The position numbers were made by a program, and so were the translations under genes. The notes under the pieces are model-generated. The model saw only the letters and a program-made list of their open reading frames with translations. It was not told the origin of the DNA and ran no database searches. From an uncultured delta proteobacterium (GTDB lineage Bacteria; Desulfobacterota; RBG-13-43-22), in contig CAWBOS010000006.1 of assembly GCA_963790475.1 (NCBI GenBank), positions 544,001 to 608,000 on the forward strand: DNA of 64,000 nt, in the 5' to 3' direction. Below are positions 9,535-20,108 of the stretch, piece by piece. Position 1 is the first letter of the stretch, and the number at the start of each line of letters is the position of its first letter.

Positions 9535-11040
9535 TTAACAAAAAAATGGGGCATGATTGGAGGTGAAAAAAGGAGGGTTCCGGCGGAGGATGGGGGCAAT
9601 GGCCGGATGTCTTTTAAATTCCCGATCCAGAAATTGGCGGACTATGTTGCGGTGCCACCCCAGAGGGTGCCGAAACTGCCGGTAAAGGGAGAGATCCCCC
9701 TCATAAAAATCTTCTGTTTCCATATTCATCGAGTCAAGGCTATGGATGGGCAGATTGAAAATGGCCAGATTCAAAAATCCGATCGACTGGTGATGTCGAA
9801 CAATGAAATCAAGGGTATGCCTGGCCCGCAAGAGGTCTTCGGCCGGCGTTCCGAATAACAAATACACGTAAGAGGCCACCCCAGCTTTTTTTAAATTCCG
9901 CAAGACCGTCGATGCCCTGCCCAGGTCAATCCCCTTGCCCATGCGGTCCAGGACCGTTTGATCCCCTGATTCCAAGCCCAGTTTGAGCATCAGACACCCC
10001 GAACGCTTTAAGGCCAGGCAAAAATCCAGGTCGGTCAACTCGTCGTACAGGCGAGCAAAACCATACCAGGGGGCTGAGATGGGGGTTTGGCACAACTGCC
10101 TGAGCAAAGCCGGGCTTACCGCATTATCAAGCAGGTGAACCAAAACGGGTTTTGTTTCCGGAATGAGGGCCTCCAGATCGGTGATAACCTGGCGGGGCGG
10201 GATCGGTCGATACTGATTTCCTTCGGCGCACTCGGGGCAAAAGGAACAACGATTCCAATAGCAGCCGCTGGAGGCGCTGTAGGGAAGAATAAATCCGGGA
10301 GACAGATAACGGCTTCCGGAAAAGACCGCATAATCCGGTCGGTAATCGGCTTCGGTCGTCTCTATCCCTTGACTGGAGAGCAAGGGTTTCTCCCCCGGCC
10401 CGGGAATCAGCTCATCAATCAGCCCGGCAAATGGATTACGCCATCGGGGGCCGGACATCCAGGAGGTAACCAATCCGCCGCCCATGATGATCTTCAGGCC
10501 CGGGGCCCTTTTACGTATATATCCGGCCATGGCCAAGGCGCACAAGGCCTGGCTGAGGTAATTAAGGGAAAAACCGATCAGAGAAGGTTGCCGGTCTTTG
10601 AGCAAGCCATCGAGGCGGGCACTGAAGTAATCGAAAAAGGGGTTTTGCTCGGGATTTTCCGCAGCCCGGATCAGATCTGCGCTGCGGACCGGGGAAAACC
10701 GCTGGTCTGTGTAATTGACCAGCGTCAATGCTCCATCAAATTGGGGCGGGGCTTTTTGCACGATCCGGTTAATGTCCATCACGGTTTTTTTATAACGATC
10801 CAGGTTCATAAAGGCTTGGCCGTCGAATAGGGCCGCCATATTGGAATGAAGGTGGCGGGCAGCCCGCCGGGTCCACGGGTCGGGGCCATCTACCGGCTTA
10901 TCAATACGGTGGAGGAGGGCCTCGATATTGGCGTCAATGAGGTGATGGCTGATGTGGTGGCGGGTCAAGGCACCGGCCAACTTGGCCAGGCCGGCAGGGG
11001 GTTCGCCCGGCTTAGCCACCGGAGGATAGATCAATAGCAT
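9535..11040 (-). CDS. B12-binding-domain radical SAM protein
   Basis: LLIYPP N-terminus, CYWNRCSFC, GLESG. Confidence 0.88.
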   Translation of the reverse strand: MLLIYPPVAKPGEPPAGLAKLAGALTRHHISHHLIDANIEALLHRIDKPVDGPDPWTRRAARHLHSNMAALFDGQAFMNLDRYKKTVMDINRIVQKAPPQFDGALTLVNYTDQRFSPVRSADLIRAAENPEQNPFFDYFSARLDGLLKDRQPSLIGFSLNYLSQALCALAMAGYIRKRAPGLKIIMGGGLVTSWMSGPRWRNPFAGLIDELIPGPGEKPLLSSQGIETTEADYRPDYAVFSGSRYLSPGFILPYSASSGCYWNRCSFCPECAEGNQYRPIPPRQVITDLEALIPETKPVLVHLLDNAVSPALLRQLCQTPISAPWYGFARLYDELTDLDFCLALKRSGCLMLKLGLESGDQTVLDRMGKGIDLGRASTVLRNLKKAGVASYVYLLFGTPAEDLLRARHTLDFIVRHHQSIGFLNLAIFNLPIHSLDSMNMETEDFYEGDLSLYRQFRHPLGWHRNIVRQFLDREFKRHPAIAPILRRNPPFFTSNHAPFFC

Positions 11041-11295
11041 GGGGTCCTTATTTCCTGAACTATTTTGACTCGGGTTTCCTTAATTCTCAAATTTCTGCTG
11101 GCGTCCCTGCAGAGTGTCATCAATTTATGCGCTGTGGCAGTCAGACCCTCAAGAGGTTGAATATCTAACGTTGAGCTATTTAGCAAGCTATAATTTTACC
11201 GAACGGACATACCAGAAAAAACCTCCTTGCTCCTGAGAAAAAAATCATGCCTGTGAATTTGTCTAAAGTGAAGAGAGCCAGAAAATAGAAATGTC

Positions 11296-11325
11296 TTGAC
11301 TTACAAATTCGCCATCACCTATATT
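11296..11325 (+). promoter_or_regulatory. Putative sigma70 promoter
   Basis: TTGACT-18 bp-TATATT upstream of AAGGAGG-TTG at 11392. Confidence 0.45.
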
Positions 11326-11391
11326 TTACACTTCAAAATAAAATCATGATTGATCCGTTATGCCGGAAGATTTTTTTAAGGAGGTTCGCCA

Positions 11392-12831
11392 TTGTCTCAC
11401 CCTTTGGAGAAACTTTTAAACCCGGGATCCATCGCCGTTGTCGGATCCTCCAACAACCCCAACTCGGCCGGATATAACTTTACGGCTTCGCTCCTCAAGT
11501 ACGGTTTTAAAGGAAAGATTTATCCGGTGAATCCGAGATATTCAGAGATCCTGGGTCTTAAGGCCTACCCGACCGTAAGAGACATCCCCAGTTCAGTGGA
11601 TTATGTCATCTCCGCAGTATCTGCCCCGCTGGTTCCGGCTATGATGGAAGACTGCTCGCATAAAGGAGTTAAGCTAATACATCTTTTTACCGCCCGGTTC
11701 AGCGAGACCGGTCGACCGGATGCCGCCAAACTGGAGCAGGAAGTGCTTCAATTGGCCAAAGGTTACGGCATACGTCTGATTGGCCCGAACTGCATGGGTC
11801 TCTTTTTCCCACGTTTGGGAATCTCTTTTAGTGATGCCATGCCTCATGAGCAGTCCGGCCCGGTGGGGCTGATCTCTCAGAGCGGTCAGGCGGTAGAAGA
11901 AATCGTCCGTTCGGCCTCCCTGATGGGCGTTTATTTCAGCAAAGCGATCAGTTATGGAAACGCTCTGGATTTCAATGAGTGTGATTTCTTGGACTACCTG
12001 GCCCAGGACCGGGAGACCAGGTTGATCTTGATGTATATCGAAGGACTGCGAGACGGCCGCAGATTCTTCGAGGCCTTGCGTAAAGCAACGGCCTTAAAAC
12101 CGGTGGTGATACTCAAAGGCGGCCGGGGTCAGGCGGGGGCTCGAGCAGTCGCATCCCACACCGCTTCTTTGGCCGGGTCCGCTGATTTGTTGGAAGCCGC
12201 TCTGGCCCAGGCCGGCGCTGTTTCCGCGGACAGCATGGAGGAATTCATCGACCTGGCGGTCACCTTTCACTATTTGCCGCCGATGAAGGATTTTGGAGTC
12301 GGGGTGGTCGGAGGGGCCGGCGGCGCCAGTGTACTGGCAGCGGATCAATGCGAGGCAGCCGGTCTGGATGTGATCCCCATACCGCCTGAGATTCGGGAGG
12401 AACTTAAGAACAAAGGGATCAGCATCTGGGACTGGATCGGCAATCCTGTGGACCATTCCATCCGGGAGGACACCAACTTCAATCACGGCAATATCGTGGA
12501 GATGATGGCCAGGAATGATAAATTTGATCTTTTGATCATTATGTTCAATGAACCCCATCATGAAAGACAAAGAGGAATGACGGCTGACAATTACCTCGAA
12601 GAATATCGCTTTGAGGACTATAAACCGAAACCGGTGATGGCGATAGTTCCGGACCGATGTCTGGGCATCGACCACTATGCGGACTGGAACTGGAAGATCA
12701 TTTACGAGATGAGGACCAAGCTTTTGGCCGGCGGTATTCCTTTCTATTCTTCGATCGGCCGGGCGGCGAGAGCAGCAAAAAAGGTCGTCGAATATTACCA
12801 AAAGGTTGGGAAAGTCAGTTCATTGAAGTAA
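11392..12831 (+). CDS. Acyl-CoA synthetase (NDP-forming) alpha-type, CoA-binding protein
   Basis: SIAVVG, IGPNCMG, SQSG and ASHTASLAG (phospho-His) motifs; no ATP-grasp domain. Confidence 0.88.
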   Translation: MSHPLEKLLNPGSIAVVGSSNNPNSAGYNFTASLLKYGFKGKIYPVNPRYSEILGLKAYPTVRDIPSSVDYVISAVSAPLVPAMMEDCSHKGVKLIHLFTARFSETGRPDAAKLEQEVLQLAKGYGIRLIGPNCMGLFFPRLGISFSDAMPHEQSGPVGLISQSGQAVEEIVRSASLMGVYFSKAISYGNALDFNECDFLDYLAQDRETRLILMYIEGLRDGRRFFEALRKATALKPVVILKGGRGQAGARAVASHTASLAGSADLLEAALAQAGAVSADSMEEFIDLAVTFHYLPPMKDFGVGVVGGAGGASVLAADQCEAAGLDVIPIPPEIREELKNKGISIWDWIGNPVDHSIREDTNFNHGNIVEMMARNDKFDLLIIMFNEPHHERQRGMTADNYLEEYRFEDYKPKPVMAIVPDRCLGIDHYADWNWKIIYEMRTKLLAGGIPFYSSIGRAARAAKKVVEYYQKVGKVSSLK

Positions 12832-12837
12832 GTAATG

Positions 12838-12996
12838 TTAACAAGTTCGTAAAAAGTCGACGAAACCTGAGTTGTGTCATTCCGGTCCCGCATCAGGTGC
12901 GGGATAGACTCCAGCCGGAATCCAGTAATTTATTGTAGTTGAAATTTTCCTGGACCCCGGCTTTCGCCGGGGTGACGAATTTTACGATTCCATCAA
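12838..12996. repeat. GTCATTCC-family palindromic repeat/MITE
   Basis: TCGTAAAAA...TTTTACGA ends enclosing GTCATTCCGG...CCGGAATCCAG...CTGGACCCCGGCTTTCGCCGGGGTGAC. Confidence 0.7.
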
Positions 12997-13054
12997 TTTA
13001 AGGATAAAAACTAAATTAACCGAACCAAAAGTTCGAATACTGAGAGGAGAAATT

Positions 13055-13855
13055 ATGAGTGGACGATTAAATGGAAAGATAGCAGTCATTACCGGGGGGA
13101 CCAGCGGTATTGGTGAAGCCACGGCCGAAGTGTTCGCGGCTGAGGGTGCCAAAGTCGTTATCGCCGGCCGTTCGGAAGAAAAGGGAACCCAAATTGCAAA
13201 ACGTTTGGGTTCAAACGTTGTTTATCAACGAACCGACGTCACCAGCGAGCAGGAAATAAAGGCCTTAATTGATGCGGCCGTAGCCCGTTTCGGGCGTCTG
13301 GACTGCCTGTTCAATAATGCCGGCGGTCCCACCCCCGGGACCCTGGAAACCGTAACCCAAGAAAATTTAATTTACAGCATGAACCTGCTACTGGGCGGCC
13401 CCATTTTTGGGATCAAGTACGCTACGCCGGTGATGAAGGCTCAAGGTGGGGGCTGTATTATCAATACCTCAAGCATCGCCGCTATAAGAACAAATCAGGG
13501 CCAATACCTATACAGCGTGGCTAAAGCCGGGGTGACCCAACTGACTAAATTGGCCGGCGTGGAACTCGGCCCCTTTGGTATTCGGGTAAATTGTATCTCG
13601 CCCGGGGCTATCGCCACTCCGATTTTTTGGGGCGGTTCCCAGGTGGCGAATACCCTCGATCCGGCAGCCAATGCCCGTAAAATGGAAAAACTGAAACAAA
13701 ACCTGATCAAGGCTACACCCTTGGGAAGGGCCGGGCTGGATAAAGATATCGCCATGGCAGCCCTCTTCCTGGCCAGCGATGAAGGAAGTTTCGTAAACTG
13801 CCACGACCTTGTGGTGGACGGCGGCAGGACTTCGTTATTTTACAACGCCCTTTAG
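13055..13855 (+). CDS. Short-chain dehydrogenase/reductase
   Basis: TGGTSGIG, NNAG and YSVAK motifs. Confidence 0.93.
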   Translation: MSGRLNGKIAVITGGTSGIGEATAEVFAAEGAKVVIAGRSEEKGTQIAKRLGSNVVYQRTDVTSEQEIKALIDAAVARFGRLDCLFNNAGGPTPGTLETVTQENLIYSMNLLLGGPIFGIKYATPVMKAQGGGCIINTSSIAAIRTNQGQYLYSVAKAGVTQLTKLAGVELGPFGIRVNCISPGAIATPIFWGGSQVANTLDPAANARKMEKLKQNLIKATPLGRAGLDKDIAMAALFLASDEGSFVNCHDLVVDGGRTSLFYNAL

Positions 13856-13864
13856 AACTCATAC

Positions 13865-14097
13865 AGGCAATAGGCAATAGGCGAGAGGCTATAGGAAAAT
13901 AAAAAATCGGAAAACAGGATGTCCTAAGCCCCTTATCTATCGCCCCCGTGAAGGTTTTTCATGCTTTGTGGAGACCCTTTGGGGCATGCGGATAAATCTA
14001 AAAAGAGTGCTCGATGATTACTGGTTTCGAGGATTCAAGGGTTTTAACTTCCATGCTTTTCCCTTGAGCCCTAGAACCCATGACTCCTTGAACCCTT
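13865..14097. repeat. Short tandem heptamer/octamer repeats
   Basis: AGGCAAT-AGGCAAT-AGGCGAG-AGGCTAT, then GAGGATTCAAGGG...CCCTAGAACCC...CCTTGAACCC. Confidence 0.45.
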
Positions 14098-14181
14098 AAA
14101 ATAATTTTTATACTTCGTGTCGCCCCCGGGGCATATGAGTTAGTAAAAAGCAATCTACCGAATTCCATAAGGAGGAATCTC

Positions 14182-14754
14182 ATGAAAAAGTCCATCGGTG
14201 CAAAAACCGTGGTTTACCCCACCCCAGTCTTTGTGGTGGGGACTTATAACCAGGAAGGCAAACCCAACGTCATGACCGCGGCCTGGGGCGGAATTTGCTG
14301 TTCCGTTCCCCCTTGCGTAGCGATTGCCCTGCGGGAGGCGACCTACACCTACGGCAATCTAATAACGCAAAAAGCCTTCACCATCAGCCTGCCCAGCGAG
14401 TCGTATCTCAAGGAAGCGGATTACTTCGGCATGGCTTCCGGAAAAAACGAAGACAAATTCGCTGCCACAGGGCTTACGCCCATCAAGAGCGATCTGGTGA
14501 ATGCCCCTTACGTCAAGGAGTTCCCTTTTGTATTGGAGTGCAAGGTGATCCACCACTTCAAAATCGGTTTGCACACCCAATTCATCGGTGAAATCCTGGA
14601 CATCAAGGTGGAGGAAGAGGTGCTGGGCGAGAAAGGGCCGGACATCACCAAGATAAAACCGGTTCTCTGGGCTCCGGACAGTCGGGGTTATTACGGAGTC
14701 GGCCATTTATTGGGAAAAGCTTTTTCACTGGGTAAGGATTTTTTAAAAGAATAG
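14182..14754 (+). CDS. Flavin reductase family protein (flavoredoxin-like)
   Basis: [34 protein letters not shown]. Confidence 0.9.
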   Translation: MKKSIGAKTVVYPTPVFVVGTYNQEGKPNVMTAAWGGICCSVPPCVAIALREATYTYGNLITQKAFTISLPSESYLKEADYFGMASGKNEDKFAATGLTPIKSDLVNAPYVKEFPFVLECKVIHHFKIGLHTQFIGEILDIKVEEEVLGEKGPDITKIKPVLWAPDSRGYYGVGHLLGKAFSLGKDFLKE

Positions 14755-14835
14755 AATTAAACAATCTTTTTCTGAAAGAAAATATTTTCGTATCAATTTT
14801 GCTTTTTGAAATGATTTCATTTAAATCAGAATCTA

Positions 14836-15027
14836 TTCACCACAGAGACACCGAGGACACAGAGAAGTTCTCTTTTTCTTCGGCGGGAGAAACCGCCAAA
14901 GAAAAACCAACCTGTCGCTTCGCGAACAAGACACCGGGTGCCGCAGACAGACTGGTTTTCAAGAATCGGCATTCCCCGATTTTTGAAAAAACAAGAGTCT
15001 CTGTGCTCTCTGTGTCTCTGTGGTGAA
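14836..15027. repeat. ~190-bp structured REP-like element, copy 1 (intact)
   Basis: Long terminal IR TTCACCACAGAGACACCGAGGACACAGAG / CTCTGTGCTCTCTGTGTCTCTGTGGTGAA with internal hairpins. Confidence 0.85.
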
Positions 15028-15083
15028 AAGAGTTTCAAACACCTGAAGGAAGACAAATTTTTTTTCATTGTGTTCTAAAATTC

Positions 15084-15944
15084 TCAATTGTCGAGCATCC
15101 CCCATCGCTTAAATTCGGCCATGATCTTCGAAGCCTCTTGAACCATCTCGTCAATGTACTGTTTCACAGATTTAACCGAGGTGACCACTCCGGCGGCCAG
15201 GGAGTGTTGTCCTCCGTGATCCATGTGGTAAACCTTCCTGCGGAACTCGGCATCCAGGATGTCCTGCCCGACAATCTTATTTTTAAGTTTGTCCGGGACG
15301 TTAAATTCCTTTGTAGCCATAAAGGCGGTCCCCATGTAGATGCCTACGGCACCCATAGCCAGAGCAGCGACAAGGCCTCGCGCATCGCCGATTCCTCCGG
15401 CGGCGATCAAAGGTACTTTAATAAGACGCCTGCCCATGGTCATGTTGACAAGGGTTGTGTTCTGGTTGGGGTTTTTGTAGCCTGTCCCTTCCAGGCCGAC
15501 GATGACCACGGCATCAACCCCCTTTTGGGCTATGGATACGGCGTGTTCGATCGTCGCACACTTATGAATCCAGTTGCACCCTTTTTCCTTAAATCTGTGC
15601 CCGATAACAGACCCGTCATAAGCCGAGGTAAAGACGGTCCGTATCCCTTCCTCCATGGTTATCTTGACGAATTCTTCATGATAGGCATTGTCGAACTTGG
15701 TGTCCTTCATTAAGGTGAAGTTGACGGCAAAGGGTTTGTCGGTCATCGACTTAGCCCGTTTGATGTCTTCGGCAAAGGCCTCCGGGTTCTTGTAGCAAAT
15801 TGTGGTCAGAATACCGAGACCGCCGGCTTCAGAAACGGGTGCGGCTATTTGGGAGGTCCCGGTTCCCGGCCAGCCGAAGGCCCCTTGAATGATGGGGTAT
15901 TGAACCCCAAGCATCCTGGTCAGTACATTATCGAATTTCATCAA
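15084..15944 (-). CDS. Nitronate monooxygenase / FabK-like FMN oxidoreductase
   Basis: YPIIQG, AGGLG, IAAGGIGDARG and MGTAF motifs. Confidence 0.88.
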   Translation of the reverse strand: MMKFDNVLTRMLGVQYPIIQGAFGWPGTGTSQIAAPVSEAGGLGILTTICYKNPEAFAEDIKRAKSMTDKPFAVNFTLMKDTKFDNAYHEEFVKITMEEGIRTVFTSAYDGSVIGHRFKEKGCNWIHKCATIEHAVSIAQKGVDAVVIVGLEGTGYKNPNQNTTLVNMTMGRRLIKVPLIAAGGIGDARGLVAALAMGAVGIYMGTAFMATKEFNVPDKLKNKIVGQDILDAEFRRKVYHMDHGGQHSLAAGVVTSVKSVKQYIDEMVQEASKIMAEFKRWGMLDN

Positions 15945-16017
15945 TCGCTCCTCTCATTCTTGTCGTCGCCCTCAAGAAAGGAATTTCAATTTAAATATTC
16001 CGGATTTCCCCGGTCGA

Positions 16018-17202
16018 TCAGGCCAAAGCACCACGGGTGCGATCCTGTTTAAAATCTTCAACACCCGGAACAGCAACCATATCGATGGCCTTGAATTTGC
16101 CGCAGGCCACCGCACACTGGGCACAGCCGATGCAGCGGGCCGGATCATGCAAATAGGTATGGTTTTTTACGTCCACGGTGACGGCTCCCATGGGACAGGC
16201 CAAGGCGCATTTGCCGCAATAATTACAATTCTCAAAGTCGACCCGGGGCATAAAATGCGGAGGGGCAATGACCCCCGGCATATTGAATTCCGTGATAATG
16301 CGCATCATATGACAACAACACCCGCAGCAGGAACAGGACGATCCCCCGGTTTGCGGGTCCTGGGCCGTAATCCAGGTCACCAGGCCGCTCGCCTCGGCCT
16401 CGGCTTTGATTTCCAGGGCTTCTTTCATTTCGACGCGTCGGAATTTCCCTTTTTGGATAAGACGATCAGCCGAAACCCCCAGGGCCATACATACTTCTTT
16501 GGGCCGGTCACAGCCTCTTCCCGCCAACTCTTCCACGATTCGACATTGGCAAAGGGTCACGCCGAAGGAATTGTATCGAGAAAAAATTTCTTCCAGCTTG
16601 TCTGAGGGATAAGCCATGGGATTGGAGGCGATGGTCTGCCCAATGGGCAGGTATTTAACAGAGGGCTTCAACTTTCCCCAGTAATCGGTTCCATAACCGG
16701 TTTCATAAAGGGCCGCAAATAATTCGCTGAAACGGCGATGCCATTCGGTCAGGGTATCCATGGTGGTGCGCATCAACACCAGTTCAAAAGATCCGGCGGC
16801 CAAGGGCAAATTGGTATATTTCCGGTTTTCTCCGGAGCCGAAGCTTAACAGGATACTCTTTTCATTGGCCAGCCTTTCCAGAATCGGGCGTACCTCTTCG
16901 AGCGGCCGATGGGCGGCCGCCGCTACCGATTCGGCCGTCTCCCTGGCTCGCGGTCCAACATGCCGGGCGATGGATGCTTCTTCCTCGGTGAAGGTATGTA
17001 ACATCAAAGCGATCAGCTCATCACAGATCGGGGGACCGGCCAGCTTGGGGCTGGAAAAGACCTCGGCAATGTCCAAGTGGGCCTTGGACACGCCGGGATA
17101 GTCATTCCTGGTCTTGGCGATTACCGTTTTTCCTTTAGGTTCACGCGGTCCGATAATCCCGCTGTTGATTTGGATCATTCGATTTCCAGGCTTTTGGGTC
17201 AT
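16018..17202 (-). CDS. 4Fe-4S dicluster domain protein with Cys-rich middle region
   Basis: CQCR, CSCCGCCCH, CNYCGKCALACP, CIGCAQCAVAC. Confidence 0.85.
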   Translation of the reverse strand: MTQKPGNRMIQINSGIIGPREPKGKTVIAKTRNDYPGVSKAHLDIAEVFSSPKLAGPPICDELIALMLHTFTEEEASIARHVGPRARETAESVAAAAHRPLEEVRPILERLANEKSILLSFGSGENRKYTNLPLAAGSFELVLMRTTMDTLTEWHRRFSELFAALYETGYGTDYWGKLKPSVKYLPIGQTIASNPMAYPSDKLEEIFSRYNSFGVTLCQCRIVEELAGRGCDRPKEVCMALGVSADRLIQKGKFRRVEMKEALEIKAEAEASGLVTWITAQDPQTGGSSCSCCGCCCHMMRIITEFNMPGVIAPPHFMPRVDFENCNYCGKCALACPMGAVTVDVKNHTYLHDPARCIGCAQCAVACGKFKAIDMVAVPGVEDFKQDRTRGALA

Positions 17203-17414
17203 AGCCTTTGCTCTCTCCCTTCATTATTTAATGATAATAATATTAATCGATCAAATCGCCAGGGTCAATTTATTAATTAATCATTAACCATCAAAAGGTG
17301 GCGAAGGGATTGAATAAATTTTAGAGTGAAGTCTTAATAGACTTTCTAATTAAAAGAAAAAATGTATAATAGGGCATAAATAGAATCGAGAAATGAACTG
17401 AGGTTCTCCGACTC

Positions 17415-18331
17415 ATGAAAGTCTTTATCACCGGCGGAACAGGGTTTATAGGTACTCACCTGACCAGACAATTAACCGCTCAGGGTTTTCAGGTGACCCT
17501 GTTGACCCGGTCCATCAAACCGGGCCGTTTTTTGCCTCGGGGGGCCCATTATCTGGAGGGCGATCCTACCCGACCCGGCCCCTGGCAAAATGAGGCCGCC
17601 ACCCATGAAATCTTCATTAATCTGGCCGGGGCATCGATCTTCCAGCGCTGGACCGCTGAATATAAAATTGCCCTTCGGCAAAGTCGTATCCAGACCACTC
17701 GTAATTTGGTTCAAGCCTTTTCTCTGGATAAGGGGGGGGAAAGGTTTTAATAAGCACCTCGGCTGTCGGATATTATGGCTTTCACCAGGATGAAGAATTG
17801 GACGAAGAGGCCCCTGCCGGAACTGATTTTTTGGCCTTATTAGCTCGGGATTGGGAAAATGAGGCTATGAAAGCGGAGGAGCGCGGGGTCCGGGTGATCC
17901 GAAGCCGGTTCGGAATTGTTCTGGGGCATAAAGGAGGGGCACTGGATCAGATGGCGTCCCTTTTTAATAAAGGTTTGGGCAGTCGTCTGGGAAATGGCCA
18001 GCAGTGGTTTTCCTGGATTCATCAGCAGGATTTGAGTGATGCTCTGCTTTTTCTTATAAATCAGAAAGGATTTTCCGGACCGGTGAACTGCACTTCCCCT
18101 TATCCGGTTCAAAACCGCGAACTGACCAGGCTTCTCGGGGAGGTGTTGAGGAGACCAACCATTCTTCCGCCGGTGCCCGGATTTATGCTCAGGTTGATTC
18201 TAGGGGAATTCGGCAATGTTCTGTTGAAAGGACAGCGGGTCCTGCCCGGGAAACTGATGTCCCTGGGTTATGTTTTCCGGTTTCCCCTTATAAAAGATGC
18301 CCTTAACGACCTTTTGAAAAAAACGAAGTAG
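17415..18331 (+). CDS. TIGR01777-family NAD-dependent epimerase (frameshift at G8 17732-17739)
   Basis: TGGTGFIG and INLAG; KVLISTSAVGYYG continues into the 17798 frame; GNGQQWFSWIH. Confidence 0.85.
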
Positions 18332-18809
18332 ATTCTGATAAATCCCCTTCATTCCCTTTTTTCCAAGCCCACTCTAAATGATTGAAATTTTTTGCCCCTT
18401 TTTACTCCCATTTGGGCAACAGGTTCCGCCTTCAGTGGGATTTGCCGGCAAACTCCAAAAATTCACAGTCCCCTGTCTGGATTCCTTCCCTGAAGGGAAA
18501 ACTTCAAATAGGTTGGGCAATTTTTTCCCGGAGGAATGAAAAAATTTCCTATCCTGCAGAAGGCCTCCCTGTCTTAAGAAAAACAAATTTTGTGACCTGC
18601 ACAGAATTTTTTGATTTACGAATCTCTTTCCAAGAAATCGCAAGAATCTGTAATTAAATGGAATTAATACAAATTTTAGGGAAAGTTGCCTCGGCACCAA
18701 AACGGGTGGGAAGGACATTCACTTGGTTTATTCAGGTAGGCACATTTTTTGAATTATAGATGCGCAACAGACAGTTGCAGAAACCCTGAAAAATTAAGGA
18801 GGGAATCCA

Positions 18810-19385
18810 ATGAATGCCATAAACGGAGTCAATTTTGGATTTTCAGTACAATTAGGGGATACGAATTATGACAGCGCCCAAAACTTGAACACTTCAGAAA
18901 CAGGGAATACCCAGGAAACCAATTCATTTCTTTCTATCTTAAATCTCTTGGATACCAATGCTGATGGAAAGATAGATACCGACGAATTGAAATTCGGTGC
19001 CGGTTTTATGATCAACAATCTGGCCCAGGCTAAGGATCAGGATGGCGATCAGGCCCTTAGTGCCCAAGAATTAGAGGTCTCCCCGGGCGTTGTTTCTCAA
19101 TTGGATACCGATTCTGATCAAAAGTTGAGTGCCGGGGAAATGATAACAGCAACTGATAAGATTATTGACGGGTTGGTCCCGGTCCTGGACACCAACGGTG
19201 ACGGTGCCTTAAGTCGGGAGGAGTTGGCTGTTTTTGAATTGCTTTTTACCGGAAATACCCATCAGACTGCAAGAAATGAACAAGGACAGGCCACCAACGG
19301 ACAAGCTGCCGAGGCCTATCAGTCCGTGGAATCGGACCCGGTGACCGCCAACCGGACCAACAATCTGGTCAGCCTGCAGGCTTAA
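18810..19385 (+). CDS. EF-hand domain protein
   Basis: Four DxD/NxD loops (DTNADGKIDTDE, DQDGDQALSAQE, DTDSDQKLSAGE, DTNGDGALSREE); AAGGAG RBS. Confidence 0.85.
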   Translation: MNAINGVNFGFSVQLGDTNYDSAQNLNTSETGNTQETNSFLSILNLLDTNADGKIDTDELKFGAGFMINNLAQAKDQDGDQALSAQELEVSPGVVSQLDTDSDQKLSAGEMITATDKIIDGLVPVLDTNGDGALSREELAVFELLFTGNTHQTARNEQGQATNGQAAEAYQSVESDPVTANRTNNLVSLQA

Positions 19386-19445
19386 TCGGTCTATATAATC
19401 ATCAGCGGTAAAAAAGTAATGGCCGGATAGGACGCTATCCAGCCA

Positions 19446-19916
19446 TTACCTCACAATTTCTCCAACCAGATCTATGGCACGCACCTTTCGAATACATTCA
19501 GGGCAATAATCCCGATCCAGAGGAACCTCCAGAGAGTTATCAACTCTGGTCTGGAAATAATCCAAGAAGGCCTTGAAGGCAAAGGGACGTCCGCAGGAAC
19601 GGCATTTGACCAGCTCCAAACTATTCTCGATATCTCCGCTCTCTTTCTTGTCGCCTTTCAAGATTGCTAATAAGGTTTTAATTGGAAGCGGGCTGGTTTG
19701 TCCCACCGGACATAAAGAGGCTTGACGCATGGTATGAACGAGATTTTCCAATTGTTCCAATTCGGTTCCCTTATGCTGATCCCCGGAAATAGCAGTAAGT
19801 AACCTAAACATTTTGGGTAATCCCAGCCGGCAGGGGACACAATGTCCGCAGGACATGGTCAGGCAGAATTTGATATAATTCCTAGCACTTTTTATTAATT
19901 TATCTCCATTATTCAT
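19446..19916 (-). CDS. Small NuoF-type 4Fe-4S-binding domain protein with C-terminal Cys pairs
   Basis: SCGHCVPCRLG...SLCPVG, then CRSCG...CPEC. Confidence 0.75.
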   Translation of the reverse strand: MNNGDKLIKSARNYIKFCLTMSCGHCVPCRLGLPKMFRLLTAISGDQHKGTELEQLENLVHTMRQASLCPVGQTSPLPIKTLLAILKGDKKESGDIENSLELVKCRSCGRPFAFKAFLDYFQTRVDNSLEVPLDRDYCPECIRKVRAIDLVGEIVR

Positions 19917-20052
19917 CCTCTGCCTTCTTTTTCCGATTGGTTCTCCGTTTTTTTTTATGAGCCACAGGGCTAACAAAAAACATAACAGCATCCAGATACT
20001 TTTAAAAGCAGTTTTTTATTTTGCATTGAAAAGAATACCGGGAAAAATATTC

Positions 20053-20081
20053 TTGCCTTAACCATTAACAATTTCTATGAT
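20053..20081 (+). promoter_or_regulatory. Putative sigma70 promoter of the Mo-enzyme operon
   Basis: TTGCCT-17 bp-TATGAT. Confidence 0.5.
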
Positions 20082-20108
20082 GGTAATTTATAGATAGAAG
20101 TTAAGAAG

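Noticed and set aside
13865-14097. CRISPR array
   Set aside because: Units are 7-8 bp and degenerate, with no spacers and no cas genes; no array was seen anywhere in the window
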